The notes beneath the pieces are model-generated. The model ran no database searches and was not told where the DNA came from. It saw nothing but the letters and a program-made list of their open reading frames with translations. A program made the translations under genes and the position numbers. A stretch of DNA of 62,464 nucleotides, the filler included, from Polymyxa betae A26-41 (Eukaryota > Protista > Endomyxa: Phytomyxea): assembly GCA_003693705.1 (NCBI GenBank). It is 3 parts of 3 records of this genome, joined end to end, with 100 filler letters (N's around TTAATTAATTAA, not from the genome) between each part and the next. Parts side by side here need not be neighbours in the genome. Positions count along the whole stretch, not along the records: positions 1 to 31,882 come from RBZT01000486.1; positions 31,983 to 56,956 come from RBZT01000704.1; 1 more part is not named here. One strand, written 5' to 3'. Every line of letters starts with the position of its first letter. Positions within the stretch are counted from its first letter, which is position 1. Below, one piece after another: positions 24,301 through 37,135 of the stretch.

Positions 24301-25518
24301 ATGATATTGCTACAATTACGGGAACATTAACCTGTGCTCATTGGATTGGATTCGTCTGGTTCGTTCAAGAGGTGGCGCTGTATGCTTTGACCAAGGCCGG
24401 TAACACTCAGTCATTGCCCGTGATAGCTTCCAGTATTCCCTTCTACCATTTATCCGAGCTGTTCATCATTTCACCACGAGCTGTTTTGAATTTCACCGAA
24501 AATCAACAAACGTCGAGCAGGTGATTGATTCTCGGCATGCTTAACATGCCAAGAGTTGCATCGACGTTGATGAGCGCCAGCAGGACCGCCACGACGATGA
24601 CGACCGACTCCATGACACGGAAAGGTGAGGTCAGGAAAAGTCCTGCTTGTCTATGTCTTGCTGCTTAAGTTTTCCATGATGCATCTCGTGTCAGTCAGGC
24701 TATGTTAGGTAACATAACTTGGGCGTTTTTTGCGGTTTGCCTATTGTTAGATTTCTCGATCCAAGGGAGTAGGGTGTCGCACCTATTGAGGGCGTATCAG
24801 CAATATAAATCCATCAAACAATCAATTCACGATCTTTTTCAAGGTGAACGTACAGTACGCTTTCTGTTTCGAAGAAGTCTTCAAGTCTATGTTGGAATTT
24901 TAGGTAGGATATCATGTACATGATGACAGAGACCATTTGAAGTCGGACCAGCTTTCAGTGGAACAGCCTTTCAATTACTGATTCGGATGCAACGTATTGA
25001 CACAGCGACTCTTCGTTTCTCAGCACTATTAATGATTGTAGCAGATCCAGCCAACAATTGGCGAGTATAATGCCATCATAGACGCAGAAAAAAGCCATGC
25101 AATCAAGATTTTACAAATCCGAACAGATGATCCAGCAGATATGGAGATCGCTCAAGTTCAAGATCTTTGCTGAATGTAAATCAAAAAGATCTATTCCTAA
25201 CTGATGCAGTGCAGATTTCTGTATAAATTACAGTGAAGAGACTGTGCGCTGCTAGGGTTAGGGTATGCTACTTTGACCATTATGGAGATTGGTATCCGCC
25301 AGCCAGAACTCTAACACTAAGATCAATTGCAACCTCCTAGCACATGTACGCTACGTAATCAATTAGGAAGTCTCTAAATACAACATTCCATCCCATCTAC
25401 AAAAACTGAATCAGAGTTTTGTTGTAATTTAAACAGTTTATGAGAAAAACCCAATTGAGACCAGAAAGGCAATTCGTGAATTTGAAGTGATTTTCAAAAA
25501 TTCCGAATTGCAGCCGCG

Positions 25519-27234
25519 CTACTGTGACGAAGTCAGGAATGCGGCCGTACTGCTCAGCCCCGCACTACTTTGATTTGGGTACGTCCTGAATAGATAGTGC
25601 GGATGCTTCGCGACCGGTCGTGTACGCCCTTGCATATCCGGGCTTCGGCGGACCTTCTCTATGAGCCTATAAGTCCCTGATCCAGGCTGGGCGTAATCCA
25701 GCGGCGTCCGATCGGACTCGTCCGTCTCCATCACCAGATCCGGTTGATGGTCCAGAAGAATTTCGACGATCTCCTCCTGGTCGTGATGGGCCGCCAAATG
25801 CAGCAGGTTACCGTTCGCTTCGGCGTCGATGTACGAGAACGCGAAGCATTTCGTCGTGCCGTGAAAGGAGGCCAAAGCCCGGAACATGTCCGTATGACGG
25901 TCAAAGATCAAATGCGCGAAGATCAAAAAGTAATACGGAAGGTAACCTGAACATTGGACGTTCATGGTAAAGTCCGCGATTCGGCTTAACACGTGGACGT
26001 CATCCACGCGGTTTTCTAGAATCAGCTCGTTCAGGAAGTCGAAGGCCGCGAAATGCCCGTACAGATTGAGGAGCGGTACGACCTGAGCTATGTCGAAGGA
26101 GTCTTTCGGGAGTTTTGCGTATTGTTTGAGGTCGAAGGCGACGCCGCCCAATCGTAGCTGTAGGAGGATGTTGAAGTCCGTGACGGCGTCCGCGGGTAAA
26201 CGTTCCAGGAGCAGTTTCGAGACCTGTTGCGGGTCGTCATAGATGCGACAGAACGGCTCCGGGAGCCAATCCGCCACGGGCTTCTGTAACATATGCGGCT
26301 GTTCGGAGACGCTGTCCTGAACAGCAGTGACCAAGTCCGTCGCGGACACCGCATGATATCCGTATCGGATCTTGGTGCTGAGCTGCCAGAACTTGAATCC
26401 GAACCCGGCCACTTTCGCCGGTAATACTGCCCACAGCGCCTTCAAACATTCACGGACATCGTTCCGTAATTGGGATCCTGCAGTTCCGGAGCCCCGAATA
26501 TGCCGGTCCAGGGCCAGTACGAATTTGTATCGCCAATCGTCATCGTGGATGAAGTCCGGATTCTGATTCCATTGATCGATGATGCCGAGAAGTCCGGGAA
26601 TCTGTTCTCCGTCGGCTGTGAGAACATTCGTGGCGGTGATTTGGCTGAGCTTCTGGAAGAAGCTGGAGACCGCGGCATCGTTAATGGCCTGGGCGACGGC
26701 GTCCGTGATGCTTGGCGGCAGCGACGACAGATTCAGCCGCTGGTGTGGTGGCATCGCCCGCAGTATCTCCGCCTTCAGGGTCGCGTTCAGGAACTTGCAG
26801 TGTAACAAAACTCCCGGCGACACGTCACGGACTTTGGTGAAGCCGAGCCCGTCGATCAGATGCCGCAGCATCTCGACAATCTTCGCAGACGGCTCTCCGG
26901 ACGTCACCACCCTCCGTGTGATATACAGAGCCTCCGTCCAGCCGATCCGATGACGAATATCGGCGGCATGGTACGCGTCCAGGGCCAGTACGGTGCCCGC
27001 GACGCTCGTGTCCCGGCAGGTCGGGTCGAACAGGCGCCGTGGACGGACATGGTCCAGGGACATGCTGTTATATACGGAGGCGGCCATCTGCTCCAGGGGA
27101 ATACTGGCCCAGATACGGTCCCAGACGTCACGGTTGTTGAAGATTTCGTGGTCCCGGTTAGGGTTTGAGGACGTGGTGGCTACGGCAGCCGCCCCGTGTA
27201 TTAGACATAGAATGAATAGAGCGAAGGCCATCAT
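25519..27234 (-). CDS. Secreted ankyrin-repeat protein with degenerate F-box-like N-terminus, paralog of 6205-8157, 571 aa
   Basis: Signal peptide MMAFALFILCLIHGAAA. Shared RRLFDPT, IGW.EALYITRRVV, ILLQLRL.GVAF.L, IFAHLI.DR.T.MFRALA. Ankyrin GNLLHLAAHHDQEEIVEILL...DRTPLDYA. Confidence 0.9.
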   Translation of the reverse strand: MMAFALFILCLIHGAAAVATTSSNPNRDHEIFNNRDVWDRIWASIPLEQMAASVYNSMSLDHVRPRRLFDPTCRDTSVAGTVLALDAYHAADIRHRIGWTEALYITRRVVTSGEPSAKIVEMLRHLIDGLGFTKVRDVSPGVLLHCKFLNATLKAEILRAMPPHQRLNLSSLPPSITDAVAQAINDAAVSSFFQKLSQITATNVLTADGEQIPGLLGIIDQWNQNPDFIHDDDWRYKFVLALDRHIRGSGTAGSQLRNDVRECLKALWAVLPAKVAGFGFKFWQLSTKIRYGYHAVSATDLVTAVQDSVSEQPHMLQKPVADWLPEPFCRIYDDPQQVSKLLLERLPADAVTDFNILLQLRLGGVAFDLKQYAKLPKDSFDIAQVVPLLNLYGHFAAFDFLNELILENRVDDVHVLSRIADFTMNVQCSGYLPYYFLIFAHLIFDRHTDMFRALASFHGTTKCFAFSYIDAEANGNLLHLAAHHDQEEIVEILLDHQPDLVMETDESDRTPLDYAQPGSGTYRLIEKVRRSPDMQGRTRPVAKHPHYLFRTYPNQSSAGLSSTAAFLTSSQ

Positions 27235-28797
27235 GATAACGATGAATGAAAGCGTTATGACGGTCTCGTTGGTGATTTCGATCTTCTCGTTTCGTTTCGG
27301 TCAAAGGCGGTGAAGTCCTTGACCGGTCACTACCGGGGTTGCAATGACTGGGGACGGATTAATCACAGTCACCAAGACATGATCGATCTGGGTGGTGGAA
27401 AACGGAAATGAATTAATCATGGGAAATTGATGAAATCGGAAATTTGTCACTATCAGCCCGAGTATTAGGTCAAGAGTCCGTGAGCCAGTTCCAGCTCAGG
27501 CGATCCCGATTATTTTCCCTCCAAGGATCTCGAATGATTCGACCCACCATTGCTTCGACCTTCTATGTCGAAATTCCATTTTTCGCTAATTGGTTTTTGT
27601 TTCAAGTTCCAAGAGAAGATTGACGAATCCGAGAGTTTCTCAGCATGACGGATATCGATTTGATTCGTTGTAAGTTTGCTGTAATCTCAATTATCTGTGT
27701 AGCGATCTGCTCGGATTGTGTTTCTGTTACCTCCATATGGCTGAAAGTCGCGTTATCAAACAGCTATCGGAGGTTCCTGTCCTGATTTCGGCCATGATGC
27801 GGAGAGAGATCGCGATTGTGGCGATCGGAGGCTGTTTCTAACTGCGATGATCGTGCTCCATTCAATCAATGGAGCCAGGCGATAGCGATCTCGACATGCT
27901 GGCCCTGGTCAAAGACTTTCTGGACTCCGGCAATTCTCACGGCCTGCAGCATTTGCAGGAGGGCATGAACGATCTCGACGATTTCGTTGATTCCATTATT
28001 GGCGACCTGATGCCTGATAGAAACGACCTGAGTCTGGACTCAGAACTGGAAACCCTAACCCTAGCGAAGGTGGTCCGCATCCCTGTATTCGACTTTTGGG
28101 ATCATCTCCCGTGCGATCTGTAAATACAATCCTACAAACTTTCACAAACTGTGCGGATTCAGCTTAAAGTCGAATAGAAGAACATCATCTCTAAAAAATT
28201 AAACAAAGGCTGGGTTTGGGGTATTGGGCCACCCCCATGGCCCCAGCAGCCATTTACAGTGGTGTCATATCGTTGCAGCTGAAAATATCATTATCATCGT
28301 CGTGATTGCTGGAACTGCAAAGTCCCGGATTGTTGTTTTCAGGATTTGTATCAAGTTTGAGTGAAAATTGAAGAAATCTTGACAAGAATGTTCTCTTCCA
28401 TCGCAGGCGTTAAATGCAGCCTATACAGCTGTCACAGTGGGAGATTCAGAGAGACATCCTCCCAAAGTCGGGCGACAAAAGATGTGCAGCCCGTTGGCTC
28501 GTTCGGAGTCCGTGAGCGCCATGGGAACACGCATACCTCATTTCGAGACGTTGGATCGCTGAGAGGGTGGGTCGTCAAGAGACGCCGGACGTATGCAAGA
28601 GCCGCTCGAGGTAGGAGTCCTGTTACCGGAACTAACACAAGTGTATTTAATCACAAAATGATAATAATCAATCAAAATCAGAGAAACAGGGTGAGAATGG
28701 ATCTTGCGATCGGGTGCTCGATTCGTATATCTCTGAACCAGACTCTCATAGTTCAATATTGGAACTTGAGATCCATATCTCAGTACTGATTTAAGAT

Positions 28798-28985
28798 GTG
28801 ACGTCATGTTATGAGGCAGAAATCATCGCAATACAATCTGTTGTTAGCTCACTTCTGGAGCTGTATTCTGAAACTAGACACATTCATATATTGACAGATT
28901 CATTATCTTCCCTGCAACAGTTCTCTTGCCTCCCATACAAAGACAGAATCGTCAACGCCATCGTGAAAGATGTTGCAGAAATTGA
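28798..28985 (+). mobile_element. Non-LTR retrotransposon RNase H fragment
   Basis: SCYEAEIIAI...IHILTDSLSSLQ matches the RNase HI catalytic AE..AI and TDS motifs typical of LINE-encoded RNase H. Confidence 0.7.
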
Positions 28986-29306
28986 TGAGTATTTATGGTA
29001 GAGTGAACAGTCGGAAGTTGAATCACGACCGGAATCGGCAATTCGGCGTCATTCAATCGAGTGATCCGGATTCATGAAAGTCTCCATTCAAAAAGGATCA
29101 AAGAAATGGATATTGGAGAGACAGGATTCCATCACAAAATTGTGATCCTGTGACGTCTTAATAGTGAAATTAATCAAAACTGTCATGACAGTCGAGATGT
29201 AACCCTAACCCTAACTAATCGCTGCGATCAATCTCCGCGATGACCTGAGCAGTCTGGGGCCCAAATCCTGCGGGTCTGATTGATGGACTCCATTCCCTCA
29301 AACACG

Positions 29307-30843
29307 ATGACCTCAAGACGTCCTCAGCCTCGGCCTGTGCTGTACGCCGCCGTACTGGCCCTGGCGTCTGTGTCTGCCGCCATTCAAGATACGGAGATGG
29401 AGTCTGTGGAATCTGTTGAAGACGTGGTTCTTGGTAACCCGGATCTGCTCAACCTGATTCTCAATCAGATGCCGCTACAGAATCGGCGAATGTTCAACAC
29501 CGCATCTCGTGATCTTATTCGATCTGGTCGTTTATTGGATCCGGCTCTACCCGCCCATCTCTACCCGGACGCTATTCGAGCTTTGATCCCGAATCAGGCT
29601 CCGTTTTCATATCACGCTGAGATCCGACAATCGTCACCATCGTTAACTATTGATTGGAGTGAAGCTGTCCATATCACCAATCAGCTGTTCGAATGCGGGA
29701 GACCGATCCAGGAGATCGTCGAGCTGGCCCACATCCTGGTCGAGACTGAAAGTGATCAATGAGTTTCTCAAGCTCAGTAATCCGTTTGTGGACATTTCTC
29801 TCCCAGAAGATGTTCTCAAGATTGTCCGCGAAGCCCTCGATCTCACACTCGTTGCTCAGGATGAACTCGTCTCTACGTTCCCGGTTTTCGAGCACGATCC
29901 CTCCGAACCCTTCCAGAACGGAGACATTGAGATCATCTCGGAATGGCGCCAGAATCCGCCACGTTTGATGAACTCTCCGGAGATCGGGTCGGTCTACAAA
30001 GCTCTTTACCGGAAGCTATCTCACCAGAAACCTATCCTGCCTGAATCCTTCGCAGATGTCCGCCTGTTCTTCAAGCACTTCTCCTACCCGAACGCTGCTT
30101 ACAATTTCTCTCTGCTCCAGACTCTCGAGCTAAGCAAACAGTTCTGCTGTTATGTTCCGGAACCTTTCAGCTACATAATCACAAATATCCACATGACGTC
30201 CCTAAATGTGCTTCATCGCCTCCCTCAATCTCGTCTCAGGGATCCTCGCATTCTCCTCGCATTACGCTGTATTGGAATCATTTTCGATATTTCTGACTAT
30301 GTCAACAAGGTGGACCAGTACGATCTGAACCAGGTCGTACCGTTCCTGGATAAGAAGAGCGTAATTGCTGCTCTGATTATGCTCGTGAATCGAGGGCGCC
30401 TGGCTGATGTCGAGACGCTTTCTAAAATGCCGGAGATCGTGGCCATTGTTAATGACAGATACAGAAACATTCCTGTATGTTTGTCCGCTGTGATTTCATA
30501 TGGAGAGACGGACCTATTCCGCGTTCTGATGATGTTCGAGAGGATTCGGAACTGTGTTCTTCTGCAGCTAGAGGACGACAAGAGCGGAAATCTGCTGCAT
30601 GTGGCCGCCCAGTATGACCGACCTGAGATCGCCGAGATCCTCCTACCATACGAGCCTCGGTTCGCCAATCAGCTGGATCAGGTAGGATTCGTTCCCCTTC
30701 GTCATGTTCGGGACCCGCAATCCGATATCTATAGGACGATCGAATCTTTCACGGACGAACAGTGGCGGGGCCAGTACGAGATTCCCGCCCATTACGCATC
30801 AGACACTCAACAGTATTCGGTTGAATTCGAGATTGAATTGTAA
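29307..30843 (+). pseudogene. Third secreted F-box-like/ankyrin paralog with a single frameshift near 29745 (pseudogene or assembly error)
   Basis: Signal VLYAAVLALASVSA; VLGNPDLLNLILNQMP...ASR; RLLDP; IDWSEAVHIT. Frame changes at HILVE/LKVINEF. Then DPRILLALRCIGIIFDI and ankyrin GNLLHVAAQYDRPEIAEILL. Confidence 0.8.
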
Positions 30844-31031
30844 TACACTTTTGATGTTGATCCAATAATTGGCTTTATGTCTGTGTACCCTCATTATGAA
30901 AAATTGCGATTGGTTTTCGAAACAATTTCGCAAAGTTGTTCGAGAATTCCATGATTATCAGCCCGAGCATTCTCCGGACTGACGCCTTGTGATCCTTCTA
31001 CTCCTGCGCGCTGTCAGAATATAATTCTATA

Positions 31032-31683
31032 CGACCCTGCTACGTACGCAACCAGTTGCTGTTTACAGAACATCCTTATAAGGTTGCGCCAAAGCTTAGA
31101 AAGGCCGTCCGTTCTGAAGTGCGAACTAGGACGACTCGGAAAACCTGACGCGAATTCGAGAATTCGAAGGCAGTACACTCAACATGCTCTGCCACCATCA
31201 TCCGCCTTTCGAAAAAAATGATGCATTCATTTATCTATGGTCGTCTAACCAGGTAGGTGTAGAGTCCGGCGGCCTGGGCTTAGGCGCTCGGCCAACCGCT
31301 CTTCAAAGCATGAAAAATACCATGTCAACAGCAACTGGCAGACGGCCGGTCTGTTGATGGAGGATGTCCAGCGAATGACCGACGCCCGACGCTGGCCAGA
31401 TCACCTCGAGATAAACGACAGAGAAGGCTTCCCACTGTAGGGAGGCTGCACCCCTGTTGTGATTCGAAGCCTGGCGCAACCTTATAGGGAGGCTNNNNNN
31501 NNNNNNNNNNNNNNNNNNNNNNNNNNNNNNNNNNNNNNNNNNNNNNNNNNNNNNNNNNNNNNNNNNNNNNNNNNNNNNNNNGGGAGGCTGCACCCCGGCT
31601 GTGACTCTTAAGCCAGACGAAGCCTTATAGGGAGGTTGGGCCAGCAATCTACAGCAACTGGTTGCGTACGTTCAGCAAGGTCG
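31032..31683. mobile_element. MULE/Mutator-like MITE with internal tandem repeats (spans a gap)
   Basis: 21-bp perfect IR ACGTACGCAACCAGTTGCTGT extended to CGACC/GGTCG. 9-bp TSD AATTCTATA/ATTTCTATA (8/9). Internal TAGGGAGGCT repeats. Confidence 0.7.
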
Positions 31684-31882
31684 ATTTCTATACCCATCTT
31701 TGTAACAGCAGTTTAAATCTTTCAGCAAACACTTTGAGACAGGTCATGACGCTTTTTTTTTGTTAAGATTCTCATTACAAAATCTTCTTGAATCGCCAGA
31801 TTGTATTGAAAAATTTTAAAGTTATACATCTTTGCTCTGTAACGCATCCAGTAACACGGTCAGATCGAGCGATGACTCCGAT

Positions 31883-31982
31883 NNNNNNNNNNNNNNNNNN
31901 NNNNNNNNNNNNNNNNNNNNNNNNNNTTAATTAATTAANNNNNNNNNNNNNNNNNNNNNNNNNNNNNNNNNNNNNNNNNNNN
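31883..31982. other. Artificial scaffold spacer
   Basis: N44-TTAATTAATTAA-N44, with stops in all six frames. Confidence 0.95.
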
Positions 31983-32074
31983 AGATGCGCATTGGAATTG
32001 CAGAAGATGGAGATCCAGATTACAGCCCCACTTTATCAATCAAAGAAACTCTCGATGTCAACAGCGAAGGGGCG

Positions 32075-32247
32075 TGTTAGCATATGAGCGCTGTTAGATC
32101 AATCTCGAGATATCAATAGCGTTGACTCACGCTAATTCAACCGGAAGCATTGTCTTCCGCTTGCATGCTATCAAATAAAACACTTCTTCAAACACATTCC
32201 AGTTCAAAACCCTCTCCTGTCTAACATTTTTACTATCCGAAACTTCC
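32075..32247 (+). repeat. Copy of the tRNA-Glu upstream repeat without the tRNA
   Basis: Reverse complement of 24135-24300. Similarity ends at GAAACTTCC, the tRNA 5' boundary. Confidence 0.85.
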
Positions 32248-32298
32248 ACAATTCATCGTTTGCTGGAAGAGACAATTCGTAGTTCGCCAATACACTCC

Positions 32299-34448
32299 AT
32301 GAATCCAATACTCTCATAATCACCATCGCTGCCAGGAGCCTGAATCGCGGCCGTACTGATCACTGGCTGCTGTTACGGCAGCTCATACTGTAGTGCTGGC
32401 AATTCGAGAGGGTCGAGCCTTACTGGCCCCTGATCGTGATCTCCAGAGAGGATCGACTTTACCATACCGGACGGCCTCGTTACCCGCACAAATCGTCGGC
32501 CGCATGTACGGATACAACGGCACCGCCGCGGCCTCGTAGAGCACCAGGTCCTGAGGCAGTCGAAGATCTGTTCCAGCGACGCTTACGGCGGTTCCGAATC
32601 ACAGGCATGAAACAGATGAGGAAATTGAGGTTACTGTTTATTATTAAATTTGGAATAAAAAAAAGAGCTTAGTAAGATTGCTCCATAGAGAGCCGCTAGC
32701 TTAGAAGAACTTTCGACATTGCGAATCGCCTGAAGTGCGGACATGAGCCAAAGGGTCCAGACGAACGTGTCGCTCGCTGCTCTCCTGCGTAAGATGGTGA
32801 TAAACATGCACAAATCCTGATAACAGGCTTCCAGGTCCTTCATCAGACAGCCGCGGATCTGATTCGTCCTCGCTTGTCAGGCTGTTGAAAGCGAAGACGA
32901 ACTGCTACACTGTTACCTGTATCGACGGCATCGTAAATCCCAATGAGGAGGTGGGAAGGCGTCTAGCTTTGAATTTAACGTAAAAACCTTTTCTCTTGTC
33001 TAAGTCTGAGTTTGATGAAATTACATTTTGTAAACTTTCGCTGTTGTATTTGAGCCTGATGAGTGATGGCATTTCCAGCTAACCATCCTCACTACTCCAA
33101 GCTCCAGCGTTATCATCACCAACAGCTCTTGTACAATCCTTTCACTCATCGGGTGATATATTGACATCTACAGCTCCTCAATCGTCAGCAGACAGCAGAT
33201 GTCTGGAATACTGCACAAACCCGATTGCGACTTTCAATCTGTCTGTGTGGTATCTAAGTAATCCGAGCTGTGATACTGCATGGTCGTCTCAAGGTAAAAT
33301 CTGCGATCGAAGACAGATTCGATCGATGGATTCCGAACAGAAAATCAGTTAGTTTGGTGTCAAAGTCGGTCTCTACTGCAACAAATTCTTCTCGCTGAAC
33401 GTTCGTCCATTTCTTGAATATTATGGTGGTAGAGGATGTGTGTTTGTAACGCCTCAATCAACATCATCTCCAATATCTGGAACATGGTGTAGTGAACCAT
33501 CATCTTCATGGACTAAACTCCCATGTCCATGTGTAACATCAATACCAATCTGTAACTGTAACATTACCATGTCCACGACCAGATTGAAATCGACTGCTAC
33601 AAAGACGAAAGTCACATCACCTTATCAAACTCTTTCGCAAATGTCTTTTCTTCCCCTTCAGCATCGACATCTATATCCCCCATCTCTCCTTCGCTGAATT
33701 CGCGCTCAGAATCGTCCATTCCTATTTCCAGCTCTACTACGATTTCGACCCGATCGAAATCGATTTCTCTGAAGATGAGAGTGACATCACCTCAGCAAAC
33801 GCATTATCAAAGTTCTGCTTCACCTTTAGCAGTGACTTCGATTTCAGTCATTTCCCATTCGCCCTCTGAAACGTGCACTCCTTTTTCCAGCTTTGATTCG
33901 ATTACGACCATTTCTAAATCCACAGCAGGAGTTTCATCGTTGCGGTCTTCATTTTCCCCGACGTCCTCAGCTCCAAGGTGGCAAGGTCAGCTTCATCATC
34001 GTCAACGGTCGCTCATTCTTCACCTTCTGCATCACCAACATCGATCTCCAAAACTCAAGCTTTTTCTCTGCCGTTAACCTCAGCTCATGAAAAGTCCATC
34101 ATGAGTCCCATACAAGCGACCAGAGCTGCTGGCACCTCATCTCGTCCTTTTATCTCCTCTCAAGCAAATCCGCCCTCATTGTCCCCGACAGTACATCCTG
34201 CCGTAACTAAGACTTGGCCACCTTTATTGCTTCCTTCCAATTCCGTCGTTACAAGTAGGCCTGCAGTTGCGCCGACTCGCTACTCGATCTTGTCCGCAGC
34301 TCCGAGAGCTCTATCCTCCGCGCCGTCGAGCAACCGTACACAGGTTACAGAAATGCCTTCTTCGTCGGCCGCCTCCATTCCGCTGCGGCCAGCTGCGGTT
34401 ATTGTCGTAGCACTGTATGGAATGTTGATCAAACTGCTGCTTGGTTAA
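32299..34448 (+). pseudogene. Decayed Cys-domain + Ser/Thr-rich stalk + GPI-signal surface protein
   Basis: Consecutive S/T/P-rich ORFs in shifting frames (33440-34448) end in SSAASIPLRPAAVIVVALYGMLIKLLLG. Cys-rich fragments upstream (CCYGSSYCS, NCYTVTC). 5' boundary uncertain. Confidence 0.4.
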
Positions 34449-37135
34449 ATCATCTCGAAACGATTCAGCTCCAAAGAACTTCTATCGATCAGTCTATGAC
34501 GATTTGACTATTACTAAACAGTTAATACAACTGGAAGCGATTTCGTTAATTTTCAGGTCCCCAGTGGGAACGGGTGACATCGGCCTCCTGGCCACTAAGG
34601 CGCGGACTGATAACCGAGCCCCGAGGCTGCGCCAGCTCATAGCCGCAAACATTCCAAGCCATGGTGTGTTGTTTCAATTTGGGTTTCAAAGTCTGGGCAA
34701 AAACTTAGTGCGTGACTACAAATCTTGAATAGTGCGTAACAGCGCTGTTTTTTTTATATACATTTTCATTTGTATTGTTCACTGAAGATCGGTAAAGGAA
34801 TTTCTCCATTAATATCGGACGGAATTAATGCAAAGGAATAAACTTTAATCATGCGATGACTGCTTTCGTGATAGAGATTAATTAATCTGACAAATATTGT
34901 GATAATTCATGAATTACCGTCTCAAAGTTAAAAACAAAAGCCGTACAGAGTTGTCTGGGGTGAGAACATTCCCGCTGCTCAAATCGAAGCATACATCTGG
35001 GATCAGTCGTTAGCATTTCAAATTGGTGTAGCTGTATCCAAGAACTTAACCTTGAATATTATAACGAAAATTTCCCCTGCATCCACTCCTGCACGAATTT
35101 CTATATTGATCGCATGTTATAAATTGATAGATTCTTTTGGCAAAGCAAAATCATACCTCGAAGGCGCTGTGTCAATAACTCATTTTGTTGGATGACGTTT
35201 TCAGGCTCAATCTACTGAGAAGGATGGATGAGTCATTTCCGAAAACGTTAGGGTTAGGGTTTATCTTCCATAGAGATGAGAAAAGGTCTGACTTTTTTAT
35301 TCTTATCATAAGAAGTTGATGAATCGCTTCATGTTGGTCCTGCTCCAGTCATTCCAGAGCACGTCCAGGATCAGGAAAATGTGTACGGATAATTCCCATA
35401 CTAATGGGAAACTGCGCGCACAATTTTGTTTCAACATCTCCGCATTAAACTTTCGCAGCTCCGAAGGCGTCTAGCTAAATCCTCTTAATAGTCGAGCGCA
35501 GAAAATGCTTTCTGCGAGCAGAAAATTGCGCGCAACCCTAGCCTATAACCACTGTGAATCTGTTTTCAAACTTCAGACTTCTTTGCCAGTGTGCAGCGAG
35601 ATATATTAAGCGGATACTTCCCCATTCGGCATGATAAGGGTCGTGAAAAGTTAGACACAGGCTTATTCATCTTTGCCGTCGATTTGCTACAATTTGGTAT
35701 AGGATTCTCGTTCGCAGAAATCTCTCATTACATATTGTTTCGGTTTCGAAGCGGTTTCACATGATCGGCGACACACGGAGGTTTGGTAGGAGTTCAGAAA
35801 TTGGGAAACCGCTCTGCTGCAAAATGCCACATACCATGCTGAACAATTAAATCTTTTCCTGGCCTCAACTCATGAATGCCGAATAAATAATTCATCTTCA
35901 GGAATAATTCATCAAAAAAGTTTCAGAGCCAAACCCTGAAGCAAGGAATTTTTAGTCCGTGACAAAAATGAATATGTAGCGAGACGCACTCGGAGTTTTG
36001 GGTCGTTTCACCTGCAATAAACGTGCATCGGTGCTTTCACAGCAATTGGAATAGTAATTCTTTATTCCGGACTTATTGATTTTCTTCTCATGCGATGAAG
36101 GAAAAAGTTATTTACTAAGGCCGCTCATGCGGAGTAATTCTATTCCGCTTCAAACAGAGGAATAATAAAATATTCCGGAAGCTGTTCCCATGAAATAAAT
36201 AGTGAATATTTATTTTCGGCATCCCTGCAGGGAAACTCAGACACATTGGAAAATATATGGGGCTCTCTTGGATTGGCGATTCTCAGTGATTCTTTTATTA
36301 AAGATAAAATAAAAGGCTGAATTTTGTAATCATATTCATACTCCAATGTTGGTCTCTGACCTATAAAACGTGACCTTTAGAAAGGTCGAAAGAAGTCAAA
36401 TCCGTTTCACAATCCTGGCAATTAAAAATGGCTTGTGGTTCTGTTCTTATTGTAGATGCACAACCAGATGCAGATCGGTGATACTTCGGCGAAATTTCGT
36501 TCTTATATGAGATGCCGTAAAAGTCACAAACTACGCGCAGGATATCCGCCTAGTGAACGGTCTGCAGGTAACTCTTCAGGTCGCGGGATCTTGAATGTTT
36601 CATGCCACACTGTTGGGAAGTCGGGCGATCCATGATTGTGGCGATTGGTGAAGGGAAACCTCAAGGCAAGACATGTAATTTGAAAAAGGGCTGCACGCAG
36701 TTTACTGTACGCAGAATGCATTTTCTGCGATCGACTATCAGGAGGATTTAGCTAGACGCGGTGGGAAGGCGGCGCAGAACTTTAGACATATTGGGACGCA
36801 CTTTCCTCGAACTTTTTAATGTGGTAGTACGCTACTTTTCCCGAACCAAATGACCAATTGAAACAAATTCCAGAGTTTAATGCGGCGATAAAAAAGGACT
36901 GCGCATCTTCTTCGATAGACGTTACTCATATCATAGAAGCCTGACGATGTATAAATGCGGCTCCATTGTCGTTCGACAGCGATTTGATCTCGTTTGGTTC
37001 AAAATGCCCCAGCATCAGATGGGACTGTTACGATTTAGTGAATTCGGTGTTAAATCCTCATTGGAATATATTCCGAAATCAACTTCTTCTATCGCCTCTG
37101 AAGGCTGCGTTTTGATCGGTTGGATGACTGCTAAC

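Noticed and set aside
24320-24613. Signal-peptide-like start MESVVIVVAVLLALINVDA on the - strand
   Set aside because: Could not build an in-frame spliced continuation.
27869-28123. Acidic 84-aa ORF
   Set aside because: No in-frame signal peptide or motif; insufficient evidence for a gene.
31927-31938. TTAATTAATTAA palindrome within Ns (also 57001-57012)
   Set aside because: Standard six-frame-stop linker added during assembly concatenation; not biological.
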